From: Candidatus Eiseniibacteriota bacterium
GTDB lineage: Bacteria; Eisenbacteria; RBG-16-71-46
Reading direction: 5' to 3'
Assembly (NCBI GenBank): GCA_963725865.1
Contig: CAVSAC010000012.1
Location: 192,001 to 256,000, forward strand
Length of the DNA stretch: 64,000 bases
The translations under genes were made by a program, and so were the position numbers. Positions 38,988-51,200 of the stretch are shown in pieces. Within the stretch, counting starts at the first letter, position 1. Every line of letters starts with the position of its first letter. Under the pieces are notes generated by a model. The model was not told the origin of the DNA, ran no database searches, and saw nothing but the letters and a program-made list of their open reading frames with translations.

Positions 38988-40016
38988 ATGGCGAAGCTTC
39001 GGATCGGCGTTCTGTACGACTTCTGGTACGACGACGACGAGGAACGCGCACCCGACGCCCGGCCCAAGCGCAAGGGGGCCGACGAGGACGTCCAGGAGGT
39101 CTACGAGGCGCTGAAGAAGGCCGGGCACAGCCCCATCTACCTGCGCCTCGACGGTACCCCCGACAGCCTCAAGGAGCTGGCCGCGTCCGAGACCGACCTG
39201 CTGTTCAATCTGGTCGAGTCGTTCGGCGGCGACGACACGGCCGACAGCCGGGTGGCGGGCTACCTGGAGCTGCTCGGGCGGCGCTTCACCGGCTCCGGCT
39301 CGCACGGCCTGTACCTGGCGCAGGACAAGGCGCTCGCCAAGAAGATCTTCGCCTTCCACGGCATCCACACGCCGACTTTCGCCATGGTGTATCGCGGGCG
39401 CACCGAGCACGCCCACGACATTCAGTTCCCGGTCATCGTGAAGCCCGCGCGCGAGGACGGTTCGATCGGGATCCGGTTCAACGCGGTGTGCGGCTCCATC
39501 AAGGAGATGATGGAGCGCCTCGACTACATCCACGCCGAGTTCGACACCCCCGCGCTCATCGAGGAGTACATCGAGGGCCGCGAGCTCTACGTCGGCGTGC
39601 TCGGCAACGAGAAACCGGAGGCGTTGCCGATCGTCGAGATGGACCTCTCGAAGCTGCCGGAGGGCACGCCGCGGATCGCGGGCGCCGAGGTGAAGTGGGA
39701 GGAGGATACCGAGGCGTATCGGACGACCCGGCCGTTCTTCCCCGAGGACCTCGACGAGACCCTCGAGGAGCGGATCAAGGAGACGGCCGTGCAGGCCTAT
39801 CAGGCGCTCCAGCTGCGCGACTACGGGCGCATCGACATCCGGATGGCCGCCGACCAGACCATTCACGTGCTCGAGGTGAATCCGAATCCCTATCTGCTCT
39901 CGACCGCCGAGTTCGCGATGGCCGCGAATCAGTCCGGCCGCTCCTACACGGACCTGGTCGCCGAGATCACGAACCTGTCGCTCGCGCGCTACGAACGCAG
40001 CGCCCGCACCAGCTAG
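38988..40016 (+). CDS. D-Ala-D-Ala ligase-like ATP-grasp enzyme
   Basis: AQDKALAK, VKPAREDGSIGI, EEYIEGRE, RIDIR, EVNPNP. Confidence 0.85.
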   Translation: MAKLRIGVLYDFWYDDDEERAPDARPKRKGADEDVQEVYEALKKAGHSPIYLRLDGTPDSLKELAASETDLLFNLVESFGGDDTADSRVAGYLELLGRRFTGSGSHGLYLAQDKALAKKIFAFHGIHTPTFAMVYRGRTEHAHDIQFPVIVKPAREDGSIGIRFNAVCGSIKEMMERLDYIHAEFDTPALIEEYIEGRELYVGVLGNEKPEALPIVEMDLSKLPEGTPRIAGAEVKWEEDTEAYRTTRPFFPEDLDETLEERIKETAVQAYQALQLRDYGRIDIRMAADQTIHVLEVNPNPYLLSTAEFAMAANQSGRSYTDLVAEITNLSLARYERSARTS

Positions 40017-40097
40017 CCGGTCCGCGCCGCGCTCCGCGGGCGCCGTCCGCGGTGGTCCCGAGGCCGGCGCCCGCTGCTCCCTCCGCTCCGCCCCCTG

Positions 40098-40904
40098 CTA
40101 TCGGATGAGCGCGAACGTGCGCGTCGCGTCGACGCCGTCGGCTCGCAGGTGCACCCGATAGACTCCCGGCGCCGCGGCGCGCCCATCGTTCGCGACACCC
40201 TGCCAGCGGAACGGATGCTCGCCCACGCCGAGTTGGCCACGGAACAGCGTCGCCACCCGGCGGCCGGTCGCATCGAGGACGTCCAGCGAGGCGTCCGCTG
40301 CGTGCACCATGGCAATCGTGAACCCGATGCTGCCGCGCGCGGGATTCGGTGCCGGCAGGCGCGCGAAGCCGGATCGCGAGGCGATCGGGCCGCCAGGGGT
40401 CGACGCCGCCGGCTTCACCACGACGACGCCCTTCATGTTGCTCAGCTCGTGGAACTCGCAGTAGTACGGAACCACGCTCGCATCGGGGAACGTGAAGTCG
40501 AAATCGGTCGAGCCGGTGATGAGCGTCGCGTTGAAGAGCGAGCCCGCGTTGGGGTCGGCGCTGCTCTCACCGTTCGTCACCGTGTGGATCCCGGCCCCCA
40601 GGTGCCAGCGCACCGTCTGGCCGGCGGTGATGAACACGGTGTCGATCTGCGTGGCGGCGCTGCCGTCCAGATCGAACCGGAAGTTGGTGACGCTCACGAT
40701 GACGTCGGGTGCGGCGGCGGCCTTGGTGGTGGCCAGCCGCGAGACGTGAGGCCCGGCGGCGGTCTGGATGATGAACGCGCCGGGATCGCCCGGAACCGGG
40801 GTCAGATCGGCGATGGTGCCGCACGTGACGGCAGCGGCAGGGTGGGCGAGACCCGCGAGCGAGGACACGATCGCGGTCACGGCGCAGACACTGCGCACGC
40901 GCAT
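40098..40904 (-). CDS. Secreted cupredoxin (plastocyanin-like) with FlgD-Ig CTD
   Basis: HTVT and YYCEFHELSNM type-1 copper ligands; CTD PNPARG...GVYRV. Confidence 0.82.
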   Translation of the reverse strand: MRVRSVCAVTAIVSSLAGLAHPAAAVTCGTIADLTPVPGDPGAFIIQTAAGPHVSRLATTKAAAAPDVIVSVTNFRFDLDGSAATQIDTVFITAGQTVRWHLGAGIHTVTNGESSADPNAGSLFNATLITGSTDFDFTFPDASVVPYYCEFHELSNMKGVVVVKPAASTPGGPIASRSGFARLPAPNPARGSIGFTIAMVHAADASLDVLDATGRRVATLFRGQLGVGEHPFRWQGVANDGRAAAPGVYRVHLRADGVDATRTFALIR

Positions 40905-41055
40905 GGGAGACTCCACGGTGAGGGCACGGGGCCCGGGACAAGGACGGCGGGGGCAAGGCCGCGGGAGCGCCCGACGGCTGATGCTTGGACTCCCCCGGTG
41001 CGACGTCCGGTGCGTGAAGGCACCGATCCCATTGGCGATGTGTAGCTGGGTCGAA

Positions 41056-42339
41056 CTAAGGGGCGGCCGCCATCGGAACCGGCGCCGCCGCCGGGCGCGG
41101 CTCCCCGCGGGACACCACGACTGCGGCGGCGAGGTCTCCCGTCACGTTGAGCGTGGTGCGGCACATGTCCAGGAAGCGGTCGACGCCGAGGATCATGCCG
41201 ATCCCCTCCACGGGGACGCCGACCATGCCGAGGATCATCACCACCACCGGGATCGAGCCGGCCGGCACGCCGGCGGTCCCGATGCCGCCGAGGATGCAGA
41301 TGAACACCACCGTCAGCTGCTGCACGAGGGTGAGGCTGATCCCGTAGAACTGCGCCAGGAACAGCACCGTCACCCCCTCGAACAGCGCGGTGCCGTTCTG
41401 GTTCGCGGTCGAGCCCACGGTCAGCACGAAGCGGCTCACGTGCGGCGGCAGGTGCAGCTCGTCCTCGGCGACGCGCAGCGCGGTCGGCAGCGTGGCGTTG
41501 CTCGATGCGGTCGAGAACGCGGTGAGCATCGCCTCGCGCACTCCGGTGAAGAAACGCAGCGGGCTCATCCCGCCGAGCCACGCCACCGAGGCCGAGTACA
41601 CGACGAACTGCTGCACCGCGAGCGCGCCGAGCACGACTGCGACATAGGCGCCGAGCTGGCGCAGCACGTCGAACCCCAGCCGCGCGGTCAGCGTGAACAG
41701 CAGACACGCGACGCCCAGCGGGGCGACCCGCAGGACCAGGTCGAGCAGCCGCATGACCACGTCGTAGAGGCCTTCGAGCATCTCCTCGAACCGCCGCGCG
41801 GCGGGCGTGCGCGTGAGCGCGAGCCCGATCCCGAGCAGCAAGGCGAACACCATCACGGCGAGCATGTCGCCGTCGCCCATCGCGCGCACGATGTTCTGCG
41901 GAACCAGGTTCACGAGGAAGTCCACGCCGGTCGTGCCGGCGGACGGCGCGATGGTCGCCACGGTCGTGCGCTGGGTGAGCAGCCGTTCCCGGAGCGCGGG
42001 CGAGAGCCCCTCCCCCGGGCGGACGAGGTTCACCGCGCCGACCCCGATCAGCACCGCGATGCTCGAGACCACCACGGTGTACACGAGGGTCTTGAGTCCG
42101 ATGCGCCCGAGCTGTCGCACGTCACCGAGACCCGACACGCCGAGCGCCAGCGCCGAGAGGATGAGCGGGACGACCAGCATGAAGAGCAGCCGCAGGAACA
42201 CGCGCCCCGCGGGTTCGGTGACGTGGCGGACCAGCCACTCGAGTCGTGGCGAGTCGCCGAGCAGCAGGTGGGCGAGGGTACCCAGCGCGAGCCCGACCAG
42301 CAGCCCGGCCAGCATGCGAAGGGATTGGCCGTGACGCAT
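41056..42339 (-). CDS. Dicarboxylate/amino acid:cation symporter (DAACS)
   Basis: AFSTASSNATLP, NQNGTALFE, GVDRFLDMCRT. Confidence 0.93.
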   Translation of the reverse strand: MRHGQSLRMLAGLLVGLALGTLAHLLLGDSPRLEWLVRHVTEPAGRVFLRLLFMLVVPLILSALALGVSGLGDVRQLGRIGLKTLVYTVVVSSIAVLIGVGAVNLVRPGEGLSPALRERLLTQRTTVATIAPSAGTTGVDFLVNLVPQNIVRAMGDGDMLAVMVFALLLGIGLALTRTPAARRFEEMLEGLYDVVMRLLDLVLRVAPLGVACLLFTLTARLGFDVLRQLGAYVAVVLGALAVQQFVVYSASVAWLGGMSPLRFFTGVREAMLTAFSTASSNATLPTALRVAEDELHLPPHVSRFVLTVGSTANQNGTALFEGVTVLFLAQFYGISLTLVQQLTVVFICILGGIGTAGVPAGSIPVVVMILGMVGVPVEGIGMILGVDRFLDMCRTTLNVTGDLAAAVVVSRGEPRPAAAPVPMAAAP

Positions 42340-42479
42340 GGTGCGGCAGTATGCGAGGGTGACGCACGTCCGGCAACCCGCACCCCGCCGACGCCGGTCC
42401 CGGCTGCATCGAGCCGGGTGCTCGGCGCATCTCGACCGGGGGGCGCCCACCGATAGTCCGCGCACCCTCGGAGGTCCCT

Positions 42480-44027
42480 TTGCGATCCGCGCTCCGTCTT
42501 CACCGCCCGCTGGTGATCGCCCTCACGACCGTGGTGGCGCTCGCCTCACTCGCGCGCGCGCAGGCGACCCTGCCCGGCGCGTTCCAGGACCAGCTCGTGC
42601 TCGGCGGCCTCGACCAGCCGATCGCGATGGCTCAGTTGCCGGACGGCCGCCTGCTCGTGCTCGAGCAGAAGAGTGCACGGCTCCGACTGATCGTGGACGG
42701 CGCGATCGCCACGACCGACCCCGTCGGCGTGATCGACGGCGTGGAGTTCGCCGGCACCGAGCAGGGTGCGCTGGGGCTCGCGGTCGACCCCGGCTGGCCC
42801 GCGCGTCCCTACCTCTACGTGCACTGCGACGATGCGAGCGGACCGTACGTCCGCATCTCGCGCTACACGCTGAGCGGGGACCTCGGCGACCCGCACGGCG
42901 GCACACTCGTGCTCTCCACCGCCTCGCGCTACGACCTGGTGAGCGACGTCCCGGACAACGCCAGCAACCACAACGGGGGCACCCTGCGCTTCGGGACCGA
43001 CGGGATGTTGTTCGCATCGTTCGGCGAGGACGCCGACGCGTGCGGAGCCCAGGACCTGAGCCTGCTCAAGGGCACGATCCTGCGGCTCGACGTGTCGCGT
43101 CTGCCCGCCGGGCCGGGCGCCGCATCGCGTGCGCTGGTGACCGCTCCCGGCAATCCATACGCGGCCTCCGCGGATTCGAATCAGCGGCTCCTCTGGGCGA
43201 AGGGGCTGCGAAATCCCTTCCGCTTCACGGTCGACGCGAGTGACGGCTCGCTGTTCATCGCCGATGTGGGCGAGAACAGCTGGGAAGAGGTCGACCACGC
43301 GACCGCGGGCGGGATGAACTTCGGCTGGCCCATCTGGGAGGCGGACGCGCCGTACCTGAGCTGCCCGTCGGCGTTGCCGTCGCCGGTTTCGCCGATCTAC
43401 GCGTACGATCACGGTCAGGGCCGCGCGGTGGTCGCAGGCGTGGTCTATCGAGCTCCCGTGGGCGTCGCGGGACGATTCCCGCCCGAGTTCCAGGGCCGGT
43501 TCTTCCTCAGCGACTACTACTCCGGCTGGATGTGGCTGCTGCGCGACACCGGCAGCGGCTGGGCGGTCGTGCCGGGAGTGGACGCGGTGCACTGGGCGAG
43601 CGGGCTCGGCGCGGTGAGCGACTACCTGACCGGCGCGGACGGAGCGCTGTGGTACTGCCGCCAGTCGGTGTCCTACGCTCCCAACACGGGCGCGATCCGC
43701 CGCATCACGGCGTCCAGCGACACCACCGGCAGCGTGCCGCCCGGCAACCAGGTGGACTTCGGGCTGCCGTACCCGTCCCCGGCGCGCGACGCCACCACGT
43801 TCCGCTATCGCATGACCGCGTCCTCGCGCGTGGACCTGCGCATCTTCGACGCCCGCGGCCGGCTCACGCGCACGCTGCGGGCGGGCGCGGACGTCGCCGC
43901 GCCGGGCGAGCAGGTGGTGTGGGATGGCACCGACGATCGCGGACGGCGGGTGCCCGCCGGGCTCTACGTCGCGCGCCTGGAGATCGGCACTCGGGTCCTG
44001 AGCCGGCGCTTCGTGATGCTGCGGTAG
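42480..44027 (+). CDS. Glucose/sorbosone (PQQ-type) dehydrogenase with FlgD-Ig CTD
   Basis: EQGALGLAVDP, NHNGGTLRFG, GLRNPFRF, NFGWP; TTG start; CTD WDGTD...GLYVARL. Confidence 0.87.
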   Translation: MRSALRLHRPLVIALTTVVALASLARAQATLPGAFQDQLVLGGLDQPIAMAQLPDGRLLVLEQKSARLRLIVDGAIATTDPVGVIDGVEFAGTEQGALGLAVDPGWPARPYLYVHCDDASGPYVRISRYTLSGDLGDPHGGTLVLSTASRYDLVSDVPDNASNHNGGTLRFGTDGMLFASFGEDADACGAQDLSLLKGTILRLDVSRLPAGPGAASRALVTAPGNPYAASADSNQRLLWAKGLRNPFRFTVDASDGSLFIADVGENSWEEVDHATAGGMNFGWPIWEADAPYLSCPSALPSPVSPIYAYDHGQGRAVVAGVVYRAPVGVAGRFPPEFQGRFFLSDYYSGWMWLLRDTGSGWAVVPGVDAVHWASGLGAVSDYLTGADGALWYCRQSVSYAPNTGAIRRITASSDTTGSVPPGNQVDFGLPYPSPARDATTFRYRMTASSRVDLRIFDARGRLTRTLRAGADVAAPGEQVVWDGTDDRGRRVPAGLYVARLEIGTRVLSRRFVMLR

Positions 44028-44128
44028 GCCGGCTTTCCGGCCCTCCGAGCGTGCGCTAGACTCGCCGCGTCGTCCTTCCGAGTCACCATCTCGCGCGGCG
44101 CCCTGAGCGCCCGCCCGGAGGTCCTGTC

Positions 44129-45727
<1,599 letters not shown>

Positions 45728-45745
45728 GCCCCCGCGCGACGCACG

Positions 45746-45777
45746 ACGGCCCGGGCACCGCGAGGCGCCCGGGCCGT
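45746..45777. terminator. Hairpin with GCGA loop between convergent genes
   Basis: ACGGCCCGGGC-ACC-GCGA-GGC-GCCCGGGCCGT. Confidence 0.6.
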
Positions 45778-45794
45778 TCGCATGGGATTGGCGC

Positions 45795-46430
45795 TTACCG
45801 ATAGCGCAACTTGAGAACGCCCCAGCTCGATGGCCGCACCGGCACGACCACGTCGCAGGTGGTGTGCAGGCGCGAGCGGACGCTCTCGAGGTCGGGTGCG
45901 TCGACCGTGCCGCTCCAGTCGAAGTCCGCCGTGGGGTCGTGGGTGCCGAGCTTGGCCTGCACTTGCGCCAGATCCTGCTCGTCGACCACCAGGTCGCCGT
46001 TCTGGTCGAGCGAGGCCAGCGCGCGCGACATCAACGGCACACCGTCGGCGACCACCTGCACGCCCCCCGCCGGGCAGATGCCCCCGATCCTCAGATCGAA
46101 GCTCGCGTGCCCGAAGCCGTCGGTGAGCTTCGCGACCGTGTGGAGCGCCGCGTCCGCCTCGCAGCCCGTGCACGGGGCGGGACAGAGCGCGACCCCGGGG
46201 CACCCGGAGAAGTCCAGCACGACCCGCGCGTTCTGGAGCGGCGCGCCGGTGCAGCTTCCACCCACGAACACGGTGAACGTGAATCCGCCGCCGGGCGCCC
46301 CGACCACGGAGGGATCGGCGGTCGACCAGGAGGGACTCGGCACGTCGAGGCAGGCGCGGGCGGGGATCGCCCCGAGCACGACCAGGACGGCGACGAAGAC
46401 TGAAGCGAATGCCATGCGGCCCACGATCAC
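45795..46430 (-). CDS. Secreted Cys-rich protein with dockerin-like Ca loops, ends SWGVLKLRYR (paralog 3)
   Basis: Signal peptide; CPxxxxCPxxCTGC; DQNGDLVVDEQD and DFDWSGTVDAPD; start may be 46415. Confidence 0.82.
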   Translation of the reverse strand: MIVGRMAFASVFVAVLVVLGAIPARACLDVPSPSWSTADPSVVGAPGGGFTFTVFVGGSCTGAPLQNARVVLDFSGCPGVALCPAPCTGCEADAALHTVAKLTDGFGHASFDLRIGGICPAGGVQVVADGVPLMSRALASLDQNGDLVVDEQDLAQVQAKLGTHDPTADFDWSGTVDAPDLESVRSRLHTTCDVVVPVRPSSWGVLKLRYR

Positions 46431-46449
46431 CTCCTGGTGAGTGGTTCAC

Positions 46450-47085
46450 TCACCGATAGCGGAACTTGAGCGCACCCCACGACTGCGGCCGTACCGGCAC
46501 GACGGTGTCGCAATCCGAACCGAGATGAGCGAGCAGCAACGCCATGCTGGCGTGCGACCCGCCCCCGCCGCCGCAGTAGAAGTCGATCCCGGGGTCGAGA
46601 CTCTGGTCGGGACTGTCCCACCTCGCGGAGTACTCCGCCACGTCGGCGTCGGTCACTGCAAGGTCACCGTTCATGTCGAGCGAGGCGCACCCGCGCCGGC
46701 CCAGCATCACGCCGTCGGCGAAGACCCACACGCTGTCCACCGCACACTCGCCGCCCATCCTCAGGTCGAACGTGACGACGCCAGCGGCGTCCGTGGTCTT
46801 TCGCACCGATCGGGCGTCCGGGTCCGTGACGCACCCCGTGCACGGGTTGGGACAGAACGCGACCATCGGACACCGCGAGAAGTCCATCACCACGACGCTC
46901 GACTCACACGGATTGTTGGCGAGGTCGCGCACCACCACCGTGAACAGGAGGGTCCCGTCGGGCGACGTCACCACACACGGGTCCACACTGGAATTCAACG
47001 GGCTGGGCACCCCGATGGCCCCCGCGCGGCTGGCGAGGATCGAGAGGATGCCGACGACGAGGAGCACACGGTTCGCGAGGTGCAT
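46450..47085 (-). CDS. Secreted Cys-rich protein, ends SWGALKFRYR (paralog 2)
   Basis: Same architecture; second Ca loop degenerate (DFYCGGGGG). Confidence 0.82.
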   Translation of the reverse strand: MHLANRVLLVVGILSILASRAGAIGVPSPLNSSVDPCVVTSPDGTLLFTVVVRDLANNPCESSVVVMDFSRCPMVAFCPNPCTGCVTDPDARSVRKTTDAAGVVTFDLRMGGECAVDSVWVFADGVMLGRRGCASLDMNGDLAVTDADVAEYSARWDSPDQSLDPGIDFYCGGGGGSHASMALLLAHLGSDCDTVVPVRPQSWGALKFRYR

Positions 47086-47259
47086 GCGGCCTCCGCTCTA
47101 GACGGACCAGCGACGCCCGGTGCGGCGTCGGGCGGGTGGCATGAGCTTCCGGAGGGGGGGCGGGAGTGCCCTGAGTGTCCGCCCGCGGGAGCACGAGGCG
47201 CAAGGCCGCCCGGTCGCCTGCGGGCCGGGGCCCCAGCGTGCTCCGGCGGGCTCGACCGG

Positions 47260-47880
47260 CTATCGATAACGGATCTTGAGCCCGCCCCAGGTGTGCGGCC
47301 GCACCGGCACGACGGTGTCGCACGTGGAGCCGAGATGATTCTGCAGCAGCGCCTGGTCCGCGCTGTCCACCAACCCGCTGCAGTCGAAGTCGGCGGTCGG
47401 GTCCGGGCTCCCGAGCTTCGTGGTCAGGAGAGCGAGGTCCGCCGCGGTCACCGACAGGTCGCCATCCTGGTCGATCGAGGCGAGTGCTCGTTGGCCGAGC
47501 AGCACTCCGTCGGCGAAGATCCACACGCTGTTGGTCGGGCATCCGCCCCCCATCCGCAGGTCGAACGTGGCGACGCCAGCGGCGTTCGTGAGCTTGCGCA
47601 CCGACCGCGTCGGCGAGTCGACGGTGCAGCCGGTGCACGTGCTGGGACAGAACGTGGCGCCCGGGCAACGGCTGAAGTCCAGGACCACCGTGCTCGAAGC
47701 GACGGGGTTGAACGCGATGTCGCGGACCACCACGGTGAAGAGCAGCGTGCCATCCGGCGACGACGCCAGACAGGGATCCACGCTGGAGCTGACGGGGCTC
47801 GGCACGGACGAGGGCGCCGCGAATGCGGACGTCGCCGAGCACACGCCGAGGACGAGGAACACACGGATCGCGAGGTGCAT
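47260..47880 (-). CDS. Secreted Cys-rich protein, ends TWGGLKIRYR (paralog 1)
   Basis: Same architecture; GGAGG RBS; DQDGDLSVTAAD and DFDCSGLVDSAD. Confidence 0.82.
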   Translation of the reverse strand: MHLAIRVFLVLGVCSATSAFAAPSSVPSPVSSSVDPCLASSPDGTLLFTVVVRDIAFNPVASSTVVLDFSRCPGATFCPSTCTGCTVDSPTRSVRKLTNAAGVATFDLRMGGGCPTNSVWIFADGVLLGQRALASIDQDGDLSVTAADLALLTTKLGSPDPTADFDCSGLVDSADQALLQNHLGSTCDTVVPVRPHTWGGLKIRYR

Positions 47881-48212
47881 GCAGCCTCCATGGAGGAGAG
47901 GTGGGGAGCAAGGCGGCCCGTGCGGCCTCGGACGGGTCCGGAGGGTCGAGCCCTCCGGGGCGCCGATCCGGCGCGAGTCTGCGCCCGTGTGCTGGGTGCT
48001 TCAAGGGCTCGTTGACGCCGCCGGGGCGGGCTCCGCGCCGGGTGCCAGCGCCGGGAGACCCTACATCCCGAACAACGTGAGGCTGGACGGGCACCCGTCG
48101 AGAGACTATGGTTTGCAACCTCTGGACGTCTCCGCGTCCAGTGGGTTCCCCTGTCCACCCTCGGTCCCAAGAGTCGAGGGTGCGCCCCAGGCCGCCACCC
48201 ACGAGGTAGCCC

Positions 48213-51200
48213 ATGCCACGTCTGCGTTTCCCCTCATCCCGCCCGTGGTGCTTCGCGACACTGATCCTCGCCACGATCTGTCTGATCGCGGCACATCCGG
48301 CGCTCGCCAAGCGCGCGCCCGAGAGCTCGCCGGCCACCGCCGCTCACGCGATGCTGCTGATGCGACATCCGGCGCCCGACATCGAGCCCGAGGCGCTCGC
48401 TCCCATGCGCTGGGAGCAGGGCGCGCAGCTGCAGTTCGGCGAAGCCAGCGGTATCGCTCGCCGTTACTGGCTGCGGCAGCCCGGCATCGGCTCGAACGCC
48501 GCGCCGAAGACCGTGGCGGAGTCGTTCCTGCAGGCGCGCGCGAGCGTGCTCGGACTCGACGCCGCCAAGCTCGGCCAGACCCTCGAGCTCGTCTCCGAGA
48601 AGGAAAGCCCTTCCGGTACGCACTTCCTGTGGCGCCAGGTCGTGAACGGCGTCCCGGTGTATCGCTCCGACATCGTCATCAAGGTCTCGCGTCGCGGCGA
48701 GGTCTCGTCGATGCAGAACAACCTGCACCCCGGTGTCTCGGTGCTGACCGAGCCCGCGTTCGACGAGACCCGCGCCGTCGAGATGGGCGTGGCGGCGGTG
48801 CAGCCCACCGGTCGCGCGCTCGGCAACTACCGCGCCGAGCTGGCGATCCTGCCGCTCCCCGCGGGTCCGCGGCTGGCGTACCTGGTCGACGTGCCGGTCG
48901 AGGCGCCGATGGGGGACTGGCGCGTGTTCGTCGATGCCCGCACCGGTGAGGTGATCGGCCTCGAGGACCGCATGGTGTACGCGGACGGCACCGGCCAGGT
49001 GTTCGATCCCGATCCGATGTCGAAGATGGGGGACAGCTCGTTCGTCGACGCCAGCAACGCGAACAGCGCCGTCCCGTTCCCGGGCGCCTACGACATCCGC
49101 CCGCTGCTCGGCATCACGCTCACGGCCGGCGTCTATCACCTCGACGGACCGTATGCCCGGCTGGTGGAGACGGAGTCGCCGGTGGTCGCACCGGTGACCG
49201 CGACCCAGCCCGACAGCTTCCGCTACCAGCGCAATCCGACGGCGTTCGAGGACGTGAACTGCTACTACCACCTCGACACCAGCGAGCGCTACATCCAGAG
49301 CCTCGGCTTCCTCAACATCAACAACCGTGTCCAGGAGGTCGACAGCCACGGCCTCTCGGGCGCCGACAACTCGCACTACGTGCCTTCGACCAAGCAGCTC
49401 GCGTTCGGTGACGGCGGAGTCGACGACGCCGAGGACGCGGACGTGATCTGGCACGAGTACGGTCACTCGATCCAGGACAACATCAATCCCTCCTGGGGCG
49501 GCGGGCAGGAAGGCGCGATGGGCGAGGGATTCGGCGACTACTGGGCCGGCTCCTACTCGCTGTCGCTCTATCCGCTGTTCCGGCCCAACTTCGTGTTCAC
49601 GTGGGACGGGCACAACAGCTTCTGGCCCGGTCGCCTGCTGATCGACACGGCGATGCACTATCCGGAGGACTGCTGCGGCGAGGTGCACGACTCGGGCACG
49701 CTGTGGTGCTCGGGGCTCACCGACTGCTGGTACCAGGTCGGCCGCACCGTGATGGACCGGCTGGTGCTCGACCACCACTTCGCGCTCGGCTCCACCGCCA
49801 CCATGGCGGACGCCGCGAACCAGATCATCCAGTCGGACATCGATCTCTACGGCGGCGCGCACGTCTCGGTGCTGGTGGCGAGGCTCGGCAACTGGGGCTT
49901 CGTGGATCCGGCCTCGTTCGTGCCGATCATCACCCACACGCCGCTCCACGACACCGAGAACACCGTCGGACCGTACCCGGTCGTCGCGACGGTCACCACG
50001 ACGCAGCCGCTCGACGTGGATTCGCCGCGCGTGCGCTGGGGCGTGGGCGCCCTCACCGATTCGCTGGTCATGACTCCGACCGGGAATCCGAAGGAGTACG
50101 CGGCCTCGATCCCGGGGCCGTTCTCCAACGTCGACGTGCGCTACGACATCGTCGCCCGCGACGTGAACGGCGGGCAGTCGACGCACCCGCTCGGCGCGCC
50201 GGCCAACTTCCACGTGTTCCACGTCGGCACCGACCTCACGCCGCCGGTGATCACGCACACCCCGATCGCCGACTCGCCGTCGCTGCAGTGGCCGCGGACG
50301 GTGCTCGCGACGGTGACCGACGGACTGGGCGTGAACCCGGACTCGGTGCGCGTGGACTGGACGCTGAACGCCGTGCCGCACGTGCCGTTCTACCTCGCGC
50401 GCGTGGGCCTCACGAACAACTACAGCGGCGCGTTCAACTCGGCGCCCGGCTCGGTCAGCCCCGGTGACGTGGTGACGTACCACATCAGCGCGCTCGACCT
50501 GGCCGCCGTGCCCAACGCGGGCCGCAACCCCGCGAGCGGGGAGCATTCGTTCAACATCATCGCGGCGCTCGGCGTCGTGCTGGTGCTGGACGATGACGAG
50601 CTCGCGAAGCGCCCGGAGACCAAGGTGGTGCCGAACGACGAGAAGACCGGCTCGGGCACGCACCTGGAGTCGGCCGGGACCGTCGATCCCGCCTCCGTGC
50701 TGTCGGCCAACGTGATCGCCAGCATCTTCACCGGGCTCGGCTACGTCGTGACGGTGGAATCGGCCGCGGCCTCGGATACGACCACCTGGCCGACCTACAG
50801 CTTCATCGTCTCCAGCAGCGGCGCGAACACCGGCCCGGTGGCCAGCGCCACGTATCGCACCGCGCTCGAGAGCTACGTCCTGGCGGGGCACAAGCTGCTG
50901 GTCGAGGGCGGTGAGGTGGTGTACGACGCGGCCTCCTCCCCAGGCTACCCGACGTTCGCCGCGCGCGTGCTGCACGCCGGCACCTGGGCCGCGGACGGCG
51001 CGGGCAATCTGCAACGGCTCGCGGCGCAGGCGGGTCATCCGATCGCCAACGTGCCGAACGTGCTGCCCGCAACGCTCCCGATCGCGTTCGTCGGATACGG
51101 GGACGAGGACTCCTACACGCCGGTCCCGCCCGCGTACATCGTCTATGGCGTGACCGACCAGCCGGGCAACGGCGGGATCCTGGTCTACGACGACAACGTC

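Noticed and set aside
38988..40016. Assigning ddl or vanA
   Set aside because: Substrate-binding motifs diverge and the cell-wall or van context is absent
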